This document shows positions 39,469 through 54,143 of a DNA stretch of 64,000 nt, piece after piece (position 1 is the stretch's first letter; each line of letters begins with the position of its first letter). Made by a program: the position numbers and the translations under genes. The stretch lies in NCBI RefSeq assembly GCF_054482595.1, contig NZ_CM137008.1, one strand, 5' to 3'. The notes under the pieces were generated by a model. The model ran no database searches. It was not told the DNA's origin and worked only from the letters and a program-made list of their open reading frames with translations.

Positions 39469-40503
39469 ATGAGTAACGCGATTACGATGGGGATATTTTG
39501 GCATTTGATCGGCGCGGCCAGTGCAGCCTGTTTTTACGCTCCGTTCAAAAAAGTAAAAAAATGGTCATGGGAAACCATGTGGTCAGTCGGTGGGATTGTT
39601 TCGTGGATTATTCTGCCGTGGGCCATCAGCGCCCTGTTACTACCGAATTTCTGGGCGTATTACAGCTCGTTTAGTCTCTCTACGCTGCTGCCTGTTTTTC
39701 TGTTCGGCGCTATGTGGGGGATCGGTAATATCAACTACGGCCTGACCATGCGTTATCTCGGCATGTCGATGGGAATTGGCATCGCCATTGGCATTACGTT
39801 GATTGTCGGTACGCTGATGACGCCAATTATCAACGGCAATTTCGATGTGCTGATTAACACCGAAGGCGGACGCATGACGTTGCTCGGCGTTCTGGTGGCG
39901 CTGATTGGCGTAGGGATTGTAACTCGAGCCGGGCAGTTGAAAGAGCGCAAGATGGGCATTAAAGCCGAAGAGTTCAATCTGAAAAAAGGGCTGGTGCTGG
40001 CGGTGATGTGCGGCATTTTCTCTGCCGGGATGTCCTTTGCGATGAACGCCGCAAAACCGATGCATGAAGCCGCTGCCGCACTTGGCGTCGATCCACTGTA
40101 TGTCGCTCTGCCAAGCTATGTTGTCATCATGGGCGGCGGCGCGATCATTAACCTCGGTTTCTGTTTTATTCGTCTGGCAAAAGTGAAGGATTTGTCGCTA
40201 AAAGCCGACTTCTCGCTGGCAAAACCGCTGATCATTCACAATGTGTTACTCTCGGCACTGGGCGGGTTGATGTGGTATCTGCAATTCTTTTTCTATGCCT
40301 GGGGCCACGCCCGCATTCCGGCGCAATATGACTACATCAGTTGGATGCTGCATATGAGCTTCTATGTATTGTGCGGCGGTATCGTCGGGCTGGTGCTGAA
40401 AGAGTGGAACAATGCAGGACGCCGTCCGGTAACGGTGTTGAGCCTCGGTTGTGTGGTGATTATTGTCGCCGCTAACATCGTCGGCATCGGCATGGCGAAT
40501 TAA
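39469..40503 (+). CDS. rhaT: L-rhamnose-proton symporter
   Basis: 344-aa [47 protein letters not shown]... recognised as RhaT. Confidence 0.95.
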
Positions 40504-41348
40504 TCTTTCTGCGAATTGAGATGACGCCACTGGCTGGGCGTCATCCCGGTTTCCCGGGTAAACACCACCGAAAAATAGTTACTATCTTCAAAGCCACATT
40601 CGGTCGAAATATCACTGATTAACAGGCGGCTATGCTGGAGAAGATATTGCGCATGACACACTCTGACCTGCCGCAGATATTGATTGATGGTCATTCCAGT
40701 CTGCTGGCGAAATTGCTGACGCAAAACGCGCTCACTGCACGATGCCTCATCACAAAATTTATCCAGCGCAAAGGGACTTTTCAGGCTGGCCGCCAGCCGG
40801 GTAATCAGCTTATCCAGCAACGTTTCGCTGGATGTTGGCGGCAACGAATCACTGGTGTAACGATGGCGATTCAGCAACATCACCAACTGCCCGAACAGCA
40901 ACTCTGCCATTTCGTTAGCAAACGGCACATGCTGACTACTTTCATGCTCAAGCTGACCGATAACCTGCCGCGCCTGTGCCATCCCCATGCTACCTAAGCG
41001 CCAGTGTGGTTGCCCTGCGCTGGCGCTAAATCCCGGAATCGCCCCCTGCCAGTCAAGATTCAGCTTCAGCCGCTCCGGGCAATAAATAATATTCTGCAAA
41101 ACCAGATCGTTAACGGAAGCGTAGGAGTGTTTATCGTCAGCATGAATGTAAAAGAGATCGCCACGGGTAATGCGATAAGGGCGATCGTTGAGTACATGCA
41201 GACCATTACCGCGCCAGACAATCACCAGCTCACAAAAATCATGTGTATGTTCAGCAAAGACATCTTGCGGATAACGGTCAGCCACAGCGACTGCCTGCTG
41301 GTCGCTGGCAAAAAAATCATCTTTGAGAAGTTTTAACTGATGCGCCAC
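40500..41348 (-). CDS. rhaR: AraC-family activator RhaR
   Basis: Recognised RhaR region ...[46 protein letters not shown]... with C-terminal AraC HTH; start taken as GTG at 41348 (from memory of a 282-aa product); ORF-track start 41459. Confidence 0.8.
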
Positions 41349-41421
41349 CGTGGCTACCTCGGCCAGAGAACGAAGTTGATTATTCGCAATATGGCGTACA
41401 AATACGTTGAGAAGATTCGCG

Positions 41422-42258
41422 TTATTGCAGAAAACCATCCCGTCCCTGACGAATATCACGCGGTGACCAGTTAAACTCTCGGCGAAAAAGCGTCGAAAAG
41501 TGGTTACTGTCGCTGAATCCGCAGCGATAGGCGATGTCAGTAACGCTGGCCTCGCTGTGGCGTAGCAGATGTCGGGCTTTCATCAGTCGCAGGCGGTTCA
41601 GGTAACGCTGAGGCGTCAGTCCCGTTTGCTGCTTAAGCTGCCGATGTAGCGTACGCAGCGAAAGAGAAAATTGATCCGCCACGGCATCCCAATTCACCTC
41701 ATCGGCAAAATGGTCCTCCAGCCAGGCCAGAAGCAAGTTGAGACTTGATGCGCTGTTTTCCAGGTTCTCCTGCAAACTGCTTTTACGCAGCAAGAGCAAT
41801 AATTGCATAAACAAGATCTCGCGACTGGCGGTCGAGGGTAAATCATTTTCCCCTTCCTGCTGTTCCATCTGTGCAACCAGCTGTCGCACCTGCTGCAATA
41901 CGCTGTGGTTAACGCGCCAGTGAGACGGATACTGCCCATCCAGCTCTTGTGGCAGCAACTGATTCAGCCCGGCGAGAAACTGAAATCGATCCGGCGATCG
42001 ATACAGCACATTGGTCAGACACAGATTATCGGTATGTTCATACAGATGCCGATCATGATCGCGTACGAAACAGACCGTGCCACCGGTGATGGTATAGGGC
42101 TGCCCATTAAACACATGAATACCCGTGCCATGTTCGACAATCACAATTTCATGAAAATCATGATGATGTTCAGGAAAATCCGCCTGCGGGAGCCGGGGTT
42201 CTATCGCCACGGACGCGTTACCAGACGGAAAAAAATCCACACTATGTAATACGGTCAT
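41422..42258 (-). CDS. rhaS: AraC-family activator RhaS
   Basis: Recognised RhaS begins [50 protein letters not shown]... (278 aa from ATG at 42258). Confidence 0.9.
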   Translation of the reverse strand: MTVLHSVDFFPSGNASVAIEPRLPQADFPEHHHDFHEIVIVEHGTGIHVFNGQPYTITGGTVCFVRDHDRHLYEHTDNLCLTNVLYRSPDRFQFLAGLNQLLPQELDGQYPSHWRVNHSVLQQVRQLVAQMEQQEGENDLPSTASREILFMQLLLLLRKSSLQENLENSASSLNLLLAWLEDHFADEVNWDAVADQFSLSLRTLHRQLKQQTGLTPQRYLNRLRLMKARHLLRHSEASVTDIAYRCGFSDSNHFSTLFRREFNWSPRDIRQGRDGFLQ

Positions 42259-45271
<3,013 letters not shown>

Positions 45272-45276
45272 ACACT

Positions 45277-45600
45277 GCCGGATGCGGCGCGAGCGCCTTA
45301 TCCGGCCTACAGGTCGGCAACAGTTGTAGGCCTGATAAGACGCGACAGCGTCGCATCAGGCATTGATTGCCGGATACGGCACGAGTGCCTTATCCGGCCT
45401 ACAGGTCGGCAATAGTTGTAGGCCTGATAAGACGCGACAGCGTCGCATCAGGCATTGATTGCCGGATGCGGCACGAGCGCCTTATCCGGCCTACAGGTCG
45501 GCAATAGTTGTAGGCCTGATAAGACGCGACAGCGTCGCATCAGGCATTGATTGCCGGATGCGGCACGAGCGCCTTATCCGGCCTACGGGTCGTGCATCCG
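45277..45600. repeat. Tandem BIME array: about 3.5 copies of a 92-bp unit built from REP palindromes
   Basis: gccggatgcggc recurs at 45277, 45369 (as gccggatacggc), 45461 and 45553, period 92 bp; each unit has an inverted REP pair (gccttatccggcctaca / tgtaggcctgataag...gcatcaggc). Confidence 0.9.
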
Positions 45601-45629
45601 ACAACACCGAATTTACAGGAACACAGAAC

Positions 45630-46454
45630 ATGCAAAATATTACCCAGTCCTGGTTTGTCCAGGGAATGATCAAAGCCACCACCGACGCCTGGCTAAAAGG
45701 CTGGGACGAGCGCAACGGCGGCAACCTGACGCTGCGCCTGGATGACGCCGATATCGCGCTTTATCACGACAACTTCCACCCACAACCGCGCTATATTCCG
45801 CTCAGCCAGCCCATGCCTTTACTGGCAAATACGCCGTTTATTGTCACCGGCTCCGGCAAATTCTTCCGTAACGTCCAGCTTGATCCTGCAGCTAACTTAG
45901 GCGTCGTAAAAGTCGACAGCGACGGCGCGGGCTACCATATTCTCTGGGGGTTAACCAACGAAGCCGTTCCAACTTCTGAACTTCCGGCTCACTTTCTCTC
46001 CCACTGCGAGCGTATTAAAGCCACCAACGGTAAAGATCGGGTGATCATGCACTGCCATGCCACCAACCTGATCGCCCTCACCTATGTACTGGAAAACGAC
46101 ACCGCGGTCTTCACTCGCCAACTGTGGGAAGGCAGCACCGAGTGTCTGGTGGTATTCCCGGATGGCGTTGGCATTCTGCCGTGGATGGTGCCCGGCACGG
46201 ACGAAATCGGCCAGGCAACTGCCCACGAGATGCAAAAACATTCGCTGGTGTTGTGGCCCTTCCACGGTGTGTTCGGTTCCGGACCGACGCTGGATGAAAC
46301 ATTCGGTTTAATCGACACCGCAGAAAAATCAGCGGAAGTGTTAGTGAAGGTGTATTCGATGGGCGGCATGAAACAGACCATCAGCCGTGAAGAGTTGATA
46401 GCGCTCGGCAAGCGCTTCGGCGTTACACCACTAGCCAGTGCGCTGGCGCTGTAA
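45630..46454 (+). CDS. rhaD: Rhamnulose-1-phosphate aldolase
   Basis: Recognised RhaD begins [47 protein letters not shown]... (274 aa from ATG at 45630); ORF-track extension 45459-45629 runs through the REP array. Confidence 0.95.
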   Translation: MQNITQSWFVQGMIKATTDAWLKGWDERNGGNLTLRLDDADIALYHDNFHPQPRYIPLSQPMPLLANTPFIVTGSGKFFRNVQLDPAANLGVVKVDSDGAGYHILWGLTNEAVPTSELPAHFLSHCERIKATNGKDRVIMHCHATNLIALTYVLENDTAVFTRQLWEGSTECLVVFPDGVGILPWMVPGTDEIGQATAHEMQKHSLVLWPFHGVFGSGPTLDETFGLIDTAEKSAEVLVKVYSMGGMKQTISREELIALGKRFGVTPLASALAL

Positions 46455-46463
46455 GGAGCAAAC

Positions 46464-46778
46464 ATGATCCGCAAAGCCTTTGTCATGCAGGTTAACCCCG
46501 ACGCTCACGAAGAGTATCAGCGTCGGCATAACCCCATCTGGCCGGAACTGGAAGCAGTGTTGAAATCTCACGGTGCGCATAACTACGCCATTTACCTCGA
46601 CAAAGCGCGTAATCTGCTGTTTGCCACGGTAGAGATTGAATCTGAAGAGCGCTGGAATGCGGTTGCCAGTACTGATGTTTGCCAACGTTGGTGGAAATAT
46701 ATGACCGACGTCATGCCCGCGAACCCGGATAACAGCCCGGTGAGTAGCGAACTGCAAGAAGTGTTTTACCTGCCGTAA
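46464..46778 (+). CDS. rhaM: L-rhamnose mutarotase
   Basis: 104-aa [49 protein letters not shown]... recognised as RhaM (YiiL). Confidence 0.9.
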
Positions 46779-47090
46779 TTGCCTAATGTGCCGGAGACGC
46801 CTCCGGCACAATATTTTTAATTTCGATTTGAAAAATAAACATATTACACCTTCAGTTAATATATCCCGGTAACTTATATTTCCCCGATGCATTGTGAGTA
46901 AATCACAAAAATAATGAATAACTCATTAATGATTCATGTGGTTTATTTAAATAACCATTATGTGCATTACTCCGCAAATCTGACCTTTCACTCTGTCTCA
47001 AATTGTCATTGTTTACCGACATATCGCCTCTCATCACTTAATCGCTCCACCATTACAATTGATTAAAATATATTTCATGGAGTCCGATTA

Positions 47091-47537
47091 ATGGCAGCTC
47101 TTACTGCAAGCTGTATTGACCTGAATATTCAGGGCAATGGCGCTTATTCCATTCTGAAGCAGTTGGCGACAATGGCGTTACAAAACGGTTTTATCACCGA
47201 CTCACACCAATTCCTGCAAACCCTGCTGCTGCGCGAAAAAATGCACTCTACTGGATTTGGTTCCGGCATCGCCGTGCCGCACGGTAAAAGCGCCTGCGTT
47301 AAACAACCGTTCGTGTTATTCGCCCGCAAAGCGCAGGCTATTGACTGGAAAGCCAGCGATGGCGAAGACGTCAATTGCTGGATCTGCCTCGGCGTGCCGC
47401 AAAGCGGCGAAGAGGATCAGGTCAAAATCATCGGTACACTGTGTCGCAAAATTATCCACCAGGATTTTATTCACCAACTGCGACGAGGCGACGCCGACCA
47501 GGTGTTTGCCTTGTTAAATCAAACCCTCAGCTCATAA
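47091..47537 (+). CDS. frvA: PTS fructose-like EIIA component
   Basis: 148-aa ORF MAALTASCIDLNIQGNGAYSILKQLATMALQNGFITDSHQFLQTLLLREKMHSTGFGSGIAVPHGKS... recognised as FrvA. Confidence 0.9.
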   Translation: MAALTASCIDLNIQGNGAYSILKQLATMALQNGFITDSHQFLQTLLLREKMHSTGFGSGIAVPHGKSACVKQPFVLFARKAQAIDWKASDGEDVNCWICLGVPQSGEEDQVKIIGTLCRKIIHQDFIHQLRRGDADQVFALLNQTLSS

Positions 47538-47541
47538 GGAA

Positions 47542-48999
47542 GTGGCGATGGAGTCATCCTTACGTATTGTCGCGATCACCAACTGCCCCGCCGGGATCGC
47601 TCACACCTACATGGTGGCGGAAGCCCTGGAACAGAAAGCCCGTTCTCTCGGCCATACCATAAAAGTGGAAACTCAAGGGTCCAGTGGCGTTGAAAACCGC
47701 TTATCCAGCGAAGAGATTGCCGCTGCCGATTACGTCATTCTCGCTACCGGGCGTGGCCTGAGCGGCGATGACCGGGCGCGGTTTGCCGGGAAGAAGGTTT
47801 ATGAGATTGCCATCTCCCAGGCGTTGAAAAATATCGACCAGATTTTCAGTGAATTACCAACAAACTCGCAGCTTTTTGCCGCAGATAGCGGCGTGAAGCT
47901 CGGCAAACAGGAAGTACAAAGCGGCAGCGTAATGAGCCACCTGATGGCGGGCGTCTCTGCGGCGCTGCCGTTTGTTATCGGTGGCGGTATCCTGGTGGCG
48001 CTTGCCAACATGCTGGTGCAGTTCGGCCTGCCGTATACCGATATGTCGAAAGGCGCGCCGTCGTTTACCTGGGTGGTTGAATCCATCGGTTATCTCGGCT
48101 TCACCTTTATGATCCCCATCATGGGCGCTTATATTGCCTCGTCGATTGCCGATAAACCCGCTTTCGCTCCGGCGTTTCTGGTTTGCTATCTGGCGAATGA
48201 CAAAGCCCTGCTCGGCACCCAGTCAGGTGCGGGATTCCTCGGCGCGGTGGTGCTGGGGCTGGCGATTGGCTATTTCGTCTTCTGGTTCCGTAAAGTGCGC
48301 CTTGGCAAAGCATTACAACCGCTGCTCGGTTCAATGCTGATCCCGTTCGTTACTCTGCTGGTTTTCGGCGTGCTCACTTACTACGTTATCGGACCGGTAA
48401 TGTCCGACCTCATGGGCGGGTTGCTGCACTTCCTGAACACCATTCCTCCATCAATGAAATTTGCGGCAGCGTTTCTGGTCGGTGCGATGCTGGCGTTCGA
48501 TATGGGCGGCCCCATCAATAAAACCGCCTGGTTCTTCTGCTTCTCACTGCTGGAAAAACACATTTATGACTGGTACGCCATCGTCGGCGTTGTCGCGCTG
48601 ATGCCGCCCGTCGCGGCGGGTCTTGCGACGTTCATTGCGCCCAAACTGTTTACCCGACAGGAAAAAGAGGCTGCCAGTAGTGCCATTGTGGTCGGTGCCA
48701 CAGTCGCAACCGAACCTGCTATTCCTTACGCTCTGGCAGCTCCGTTACCGATGATTACCGCCAATACGCTGGCGGGCGGTATTACCGGCGTGCTGGTGAT
48801 CGCTTTCGGAATCAAACGTCTGGCACCTGGTTTGGGTATCTTTGACCCGCTGATCGGCCTGATGTCGCCGGTAGGTTCGTTTTATCTGGTGCTGGCGATT
48901 GGCCTCGCGCTAAACATTTCATTCATTATCGTCCTGAAAGGATTGTGGTTACGCCGCAAAGCGAAAGCCGCGCAACAGGAGCTTGTCCATGAACATTGA
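47542..48999 (+). CDS. frvB: PTS fructose-like EIIBC component
   Basis: 485-aa ORF; N-terminal IIB-like region (MAMESSLRIVAITNCPAGIAHTYMVAEALE) followed by polytopic IIC domain. Confidence 0.9.
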   Translation: MAMESSLRIVAITNCPAGIAHTYMVAEALEQKARSLGHTIKVETQGSSGVENRLSSEEIAAADYVILATGRGLSGDDRARFAGKKVYEIAISQALKNIDQIFSELPTNSQLFAADSGVKLGKQEVQSGSVMSHLMAGVSAALPFVIGGGILVALANMLVQFGLPYTDMSKGAPSFTWVVESIGYLGFTFMIPIMGAYIASSIADKPAFAPAFLVCYLANDKALLGTQSGAGFLGAVVLGLAIGYFVFWFRKVRLGKALQPLLGSMLIPFVTLLVFGVLTYYVIGPVMSDLMGGLLHFLNTIPPSMKFAAAFLVGAMLAFDMGGPINKTAWFFCFSLLEKHIYDWYAIVGVVALMPPVAAGLATFIAPKLFTRQEKEAASSAIVVGATVATEPAIPYALAAPLPMITANTLAGGITGVLVIAFGIKRLAPGLGIFDPLIGLMSPVGSFYLVLAIGLALNISFIIVLKGLWLRRKAKAAQQELVHEH

Positions 49000-50059
49000 G
49001 TTACTGCAACAGTTGTGCGAAGCCAGCGCCGTCAGCGGCGATGAACAGGAAGTTCGCGACATCCTGATAAACACGCTGGAACCTTGCGTTAATGAAATCA
49101 CCTTTGATGGTCTGGGCAGCTTTGTTGCCCGTAAGGGGAATAAAGGTCCAAAAGTTGCCGTTGTCGGGCATATGGATGAAGTCGGCTTTATGGTCACCCA
49201 CATCGACGAGAGCGGTTTTCTGCGTTTTACCACCATTGGCGGCTGGTGGAATCAGTCGATGCTCAACCACCGGGTAACCATACGCACACACAAGGGAGTG
49301 AAAATCCCTGGTGTGATTGGTTCCGTCGCGCCTCATGCGTTAACGGAAAAGCAAAAGCAACAACCGCTGTCATTTGATGAGATGTTCATTGATATTGGCG
49401 CGAACAGTCGCGATGAGGTGGAAAAACGCGGTGTGGCGATGGGCGATTTTATTAGCCCGGAAGCCAATTTTGCCTGCTGGGGCGAAGATAAAGTGGTCGG
49501 CAAGGCGCTGGATAACCGCATCGGCTGCGCAATGATGGCTGAACTATTGCAGACGGTGAATAATCCCGAAATTACGCTGTATGGCGTCGGCAGCGTGGAA
49601 GAAGAAGTTGGGCTACGCGGGGCACAAACCTCGGCGGAACACATTAAACCGGATGTGGTGATTGTGCTGGATACCGCTGTCGCAGGTGATGTTCCGGGCA
49701 TTGATAACATTAAATACCCGCTGAAACTGGGCCAGGGGCCGGGGCTGATGCTGTTTGACAAGCGCTACTTCCCCAACCAGAAACTGGTGGCGGCGTTAAA
49801 AAGCTGTGCCGCACATAACGATTTACCGCTGCAATTTTCCACCATGAAAACCGGTGCGACGGATGGCGGGCGCTACAACGTGATGGGCGGCGGGCGTCCG
49901 GTTGTTGCGCTGTGCCTGCCAACCCGCTATCTGCACGCTAACAGCGGCATGATTTCAAAAGCCGATTACGATGCTCTGCTCACGTTGATACGGGATTTTC
50001 TGACCACCTTAACCGCGGAGAAAGTCAACGCGTTTAGCCAGTTCCGTCAGGTGGATTAA
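48989..50059 (+). CDS. frvX: M42-family aminopeptidase/endoglucanase-like protein FrvX
   Basis: MNIELLQQLCEASAVSGDEQEVRDILINTLEPCVNEITFDGLGSFVARKG...VVGHMDEVGF... recognised as FrvX; start 48989 vs 48983 uncertain. Confidence 0.85.
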   Translation: MNIELLQQLCEASAVSGDEQEVRDILINTLEPCVNEITFDGLGSFVARKGNKGPKVAVVGHMDEVGFMVTHIDESGFLRFTTIGGWWNQSMLNHRVTIRTHKGVKIPGVIGSVAPHALTEKQKQQPLSFDEMFIDIGANSRDEVEKRGVAMGDFISPEANFACWGEDKVVGKALDNRIGCAMMAELLQTVNNPEITLYGVGSVEEEVGLRGAQTSAEHIKPDVVIVLDTAVAGDVPGIDNIKYPLKLGQGPGLMLFDKRYFPNQKLVAALKSCAAHNDLPLQFSTMKTGATDGGRYNVMGGGRPVVALCLPTRYLHANSGMISKADYDALLTLIRDFLTTLTAEKVNAFSQFRQVD

Positions 50060-51807
50060 TGCTAAACGAACGCCAGTTAAAGATTGTCGATCTGCTGGAG
50101 CAACAGCCGCGCACGCCTGGTGAGCTGGCGCAACAGACTGGCGTTTCAGGCAGGACCATCCTGCGTGATATTGACTATCTCAACTTTACCCTTAACGGCA
50201 AAGCCCGCATTTCCGCCAGTGGTAGTGCGGGCTATCAGCTGGAAATCTTCGAGCGCCGCAGCTTTTTTCAGTTGCTGCAAAAGCACGATAACGACGATCG
50301 GCTGCTGGCACTGTTATTACTGAATACCTTTACTCCCCGTGCGCAACTCGCCTCGGCGCTTAATTTGCCAGAAACGTGGGTCGCAGAGCGTCTGCCCCGG
50401 TTAAAACAGCGTTATGAACGCGCTTGTTGCCTGGCCAGCCGCCCCGGTTTGGGCCATTTCATTGATGAGACAGAAGAGAAGCGCGTTATCTTGCTGGCGA
50501 ACTTGCTGCGCAAAGATCCGTTTTTAATTCCGCTGGCGGGCGTAACACGAGACAACCTTCAGCATTTATCCACGGCCTGCGACAACCAACACCGCTGGCC
50601 GCTCATGCAGGGTGATTATCTCTCCAGCCTGATTCTGGCGATTTACGCCCTGCGTAATCAACTGACCGATGAGTGGCCGCAATATCCCGGTGACGAGATA
50701 AAACAAATCGTTGAACATAGCGGTCTGTTTCTTGGTGATAACGCTGTAAGAACCCTGACAGGTTTGATAGAGAAACAGCATCAGCAAGCGCAGATAATTT
50801 CTGCCGATAATGTGCAGCGGTTGCTGCAAAGGGTGCCGGGCATCGCGTCATTGAATATTATTGATACGCAGCTGGTTGAGAACATTACCGGGCATTTATT
50901 ACGTTGCCTTGCCGCACCGGTGTGGATTGCTGAGCACCGCCAAAGCAGCATGAATAACCTGAAAGCCGCCTGGCCTGCGGCCTTTGATATGAGTCTGCAC
51001 TTTATTACGCTACTGCGTGAACAGCTCGATATTCCCCTTTTCGACAGCGATCTGATCGGTTTGTATTTTGCCTGTGCGCTGGAGCGGCATCAAAACGAAC
51101 GCCAGCCGATCATTTTGCTCTCGGACCAGAACGCAATTGCCACTATTAATCAGCTCGCCATTGAGCGCGATGTTTTAAATTGTCGGGTAATTATTGCCCG
51201 TAGCTTAAGCGAACTTGTTGCCATTCGCGAAGAGATTGAGCCGTTATTGATCATTAACAATAGCCATTATTTACTGGAAGACGCGGTAAATAATTACATC
51301 ACCGTAAAAAATATCATTACGGCTGCCGGTATCGAACAAATAAAACATTTTCTGGCGACGGCATTTATTCGCCAGCAACCGGAGCGTTTTTTCTCTGCCC
51401 CCGGAAGTTTTCATTATTCGAATGTACGCGGTGAAAGCTGGCAACATATTACCCGGCAAATTTGTGCGCAATTAGTGGCACAACACCATATTACCGCCGA
51501 TGAAGCACAACGCATCATCGCCCGCGAAGGCGAAGGTGAAAACCTGATTGTTAATCGCCTCGCCATCCCACATTGCTGGAGCGAACAGGAGCGACGTTTT
51601 CGTGGATTTTTTATTACCCTCGCCCAATCAGTTGAGGTGAATAAAGAAGTCATTAACCATGTTTTGATCGCCTGCGCCGCCGCCGATGCGCGTCATGAGC
51701 TAAAAATATTCAGCTATCTGGCAAGCGTATTGTGTCAGCATCCGGCGGAGACTATTGTCGGACTAACGGGGTATGAAGGGTTTATGGCGTTACTTCGCCA
51801 GGGGTGA
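50059..51807 (+). CDS. frvR: frv operon transcriptional regulator with PTS regulatory domains
   Basis: 582-aa ORF MLNERQLKIVDLLEQQPRTPGELAQQTGVSGRTILRDIDYLNF... recognised as FrvR. Confidence 0.85.
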   Translation: MLNERQLKIVDLLEQQPRTPGELAQQTGVSGRTILRDIDYLNFTLNGKARISASGSAGYQLEIFERRSFFQLLQKHDNDDRLLALLLLNTFTPRAQLASALNLPETWVAERLPRLKQRYERACCLASRPGLGHFIDETEEKRVILLANLLRKDPFLIPLAGVTRDNLQHLSTACDNQHRWPLMQGDYLSSLILAIYALRNQLTDEWPQYPGDEIKQIVEHSGLFLGDNAVRTLTGLIEKQHQQAQIISADNVQRLLQRVPGIASLNIIDTQLVENITGHLLRCLAAPVWIAEHRQSSMNNLKAAWPAAFDMSLHFITLLREQLDIPLFDSDLIGLYFACALERHQNERQPIILLSDQNAIATINQLAIERDVLNCRVIIARSLSELVAIREEIEPLLIINNSHYLLEDAVNNYITVKNIITAAGIEQIKHFLATAFIRQQPERFFSAPGSFHYSNVRGESWQHITRQICAQLVAQHHITADEAQRIIAREGEGENLIVNRLAIPHCWSEQERRFRGFFITLAQSVEVNKEVINHVLIACAAADARHELKIFSYLASVLCQHPAETIVGLTGYEGFMALLRQG

Positions 51808-51814
51808 ATGATGT

Positions 51815-51895
51815 CGGATGCACCGCTAACACGGCTTAACGACGTTTAGGTCGGATAAGGCGTTTACGCCGCATCCGACCTTGTATTTCTCAGCA
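51815..51895. repeat. REP element downstream of frvR
   Basis: gtcggatgcaccgctaacacggcttaacgacgtttaggtcggataaggcgtttacgccgcatccgacc. Confidence 0.8.
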
Positions 51896-51908
51896 AAAAC
51901 AAAAACGT

Positions 51909-52964
51909 TTAACGCAGGCTATTATAGTCATCAACCATTTCGTTGTACTCGCGTAACGCTCGTGGAAATGAGTCTTCGACCATCCAGCTTGTGTTTGCAT
52001 CCTGAAGATGCTCTTTATCCCAGTCAGAGTACGGGACTTTATCTCTGACGCGGCGAACATATTTTTTAGTCTCGAGTTGATACTGGTCTGCCGAATTAAT
52101 GAACGAGAAATTCATACCGCCTTTATCCGCTTCTTTGGCCTGCGCTACCAGCGTTTCCAGTTCAGAGACTTTCTTCATTGCCGCATCAACATCAAACTTC
52201 TCTTGCGATATCAGGTTATTAATTTGTTTCGCTGAAATCATGACTGCCAGAGAGTAGTAGTGGAATGTTTTCCCTTCTCTTTCTTCAATATTTTTCAGTT
52301 CCGCAAGCTGGCGCTTATCATTAATTTCCTGAATCGCCGCATGATAAGATTCTGCTACAGGTTCAAAGGCTTCCAGATTTTTTAAGAATGTCTGGTGCAG
52401 CGTTTTCCCTTTCGCAAACGCATCGTCTTTATAATTTTCCTGGGTGTAATATTTATCCATTTCGTTAATGGTATTACCCAACGCCACGGCAGCATCGATA
52501 TAACTCACCGCCACGCCATCAATTGGTTGCAGCGCAGGCGTTAACGCCACAGCACTTTTTACGCCTTTTTCACACTCAGCGAGGCTGGATTCACTAATGC
52601 CGTAGATGCCATAAACAGTACGCTCTTCACCGGTAGGCCCCTGTTTAAAATCTTTCAGCCAGTCAGCATAACGCGCCAGACTGCTCTGTACCGGGATCTG
52701 TAACTTGTTGTAGCACTTGATATAGACATCCATTTTTTCGTCGAAAACCGCTTGTTCATCGACCACCGGTTGCGCAGGTGTTTCAGGTTTAGCATCTGCT
52801 TTTGCAACGGGAGCTTCAGTAGGTTTCGCTTCAGGAGCTGGTGCGGCAGGTTGACTATTGGCAGGCGGGGGCGTTTCTGTTTCGGCTTTTTTATCATCAC
52901 AACCCGTCAGACCGAGGGCCATGATGGCGACTATAATAGCGGAAGATAATAAATTCCTTTTCAT
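51909..52964 (-). CDS. yiiG: YiiG lipoprotein (DUF3829)
   Basis: 351-aa ORF MKRNLLSSAIIVAIMALGLTGCDDKKAETETPPPANSQPAAPAPEAK... with lipobox LTGC; recognised as YiiG. Confidence 0.85.
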   Translation of the reverse strand: MKRNLLSSAIIVAIMALGLTGCDDKKAETETPPPANSQPAAPAPEAKPTEAPVAKADAKPETPAQPVVDEQAVFDEKMDVYIKCYNKLQIPVQSSLARYADWLKDFKQGPTGEERTVYGIYGISESSLAECEKGVKSAVALTPALQPIDGVAVSYIDAAVALGNTINEMDKYYTQENYKDDAFAKGKTLHQTFLKNLEAFEPVAESYHAAIQEINDKRQLAELKNIEEREGKTFHYYSLAVMISAKQINNLISQEKFDVDAAMKKVSELETLVAQAKEADKGGMNFSFINSADQYQLETKKYVRRVRDKVPYSDWDKEHLQDANTSWMVEDSFPRALREYNEMVDDYNSLR

Positions 52965-53116
52965 TTAATTGCCTTATAAATATATAGATAAGAGAGTGAA
53001 CATAATAAATGAAAAAAGAAAACGCCACTACACGCATTTTGTTTATAAATAAAATAATAAAATTCACGAAATGAATAAGTCCTGCAATTTAATATATATC
53101 GCAGGACTTATTTTAA

Positions 53117-53950
53117 TTAATTGCTCAAACGCTGCGGATGGGTATAAACCGTTGCCCGACCCGGTTTACAAAAACCTACCAGTGTCAAATTACAGCGCTC
53201 AGCCACTTCTACAGCAAGCGTGGTCGCGGCAGACACCGCAAACAAAATCTCTACGCCGCACATCGCCGACTTTTGCACCATTTCATAACTGGCACGACTG
53301 GAAACCAGTACCGCACCTTGCTGCCAGCTTTCCCCTTCTTGTGACCGGCGGCCTAACAGTTTGTCCAGCGCCACATGGCGACCCACGTCTTCATGCCCGC
53401 CGACCAGTTCGCCAGATGGCAACATCCAGGCAGCGGCGTGAGTACAACCAGTCAGTTGCCCCACTGGCTGAAAATCGTTGAGATGACGTAATGCATCATC
53501 CAGTTTGTTGAGATCAAACGTCTGGGTGAACGGTAGCGGCTGCACCGGTTTTCCGATGTCATTAAGTTGCTCCACGCCGCATACGCCACAGCCCGTACGT
53601 CCCGCCAGCGCCCGGCGGCGCTCCTTCAACCCCATAAAGCGGCGGCTGGAAAGCTCAATTTGTACTTCAAGACCATTACAGGAAGGAACGACATCCATGC
53701 CGAAGATATCGCGCGGACTTTCTATTATCCCCTCGGAAAGCGAAAAACCGAGCGCAAAGTACTCAAGGTCTTTGGGCGACGCCATCATCACCACATGCGA
53801 AATGCCGTTGTAGACCAGCGCAACGGGAACTTCTTCCGCGACCTCATCCAACCGTGGGTGTTGTAAATCGTCACGCCGCCATAACTCAATTTGACGAACA
53901 CCTGTGATATTCATCACATTTTTGATTTCTTTTTGCTGTGTTTTTTTCAC
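53117..53950 (-). CDS. fdhD: Formate dehydrogenase accessory sulfurtransferase FdhD
   Basis: 277-aa [62 protein letters not shown]... recognised as FdhD. Confidence 0.9.
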   Translation of the reverse strand: MKKTQQKEIKNVMNITGVRQIELWRRDDLQHPRLDEVAEEVPVALVYNGISHVVMMASPKDLEYFALGFSLSEGIIESPRDIFGMDVVPSCNGLEVQIELSSRRFMGLKERRRALAGRTGCGVCGVEQLNDIGKPVQPLPFTQTFDLNKLDDALRHLNDFQPVGQLTGCTHAAAWMLPSGELVGGHEDVGRHVALDKLLGRRSQEGESWQQGAVLVSSRASYEMVQKSAMCGVEILFAVSAATTLAVEVAERCNLTLVGFCKPGRATVYTHPQRLSN

Positions 53951-54143
53951 TTTCTCTTAACCAGATAAGAACACACACACCAACATTATGGTATTCTGTT
54001 ACAAACCCTTCCTGGATGGAGGGAAATTGAGCCAATTCTGGACCTTTGCGGCCCCTTCCGCAAAGAAAAATAACTCCCACTCCCTGCACACTCAGCAAGC
54101 GAATGTAAATGGGACGTGACAATGTCGAAACAAGGAGCAATCC

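Noticed and set aside
45277-45600. Possible CRISPR array suggested by regular repeats
   Set aside because: Unit length is 92 bp, units are near-identical throughout with no unique spacers, and the units are canonical REP palindromes; no cas genes nearby.
45459-45629. N-terminal extension of the rhaD ORF
   Set aside because: The extension is translated REP/BIME repeat sequence; the recognised RhaD N-terminus starts at the ATG at 45630.
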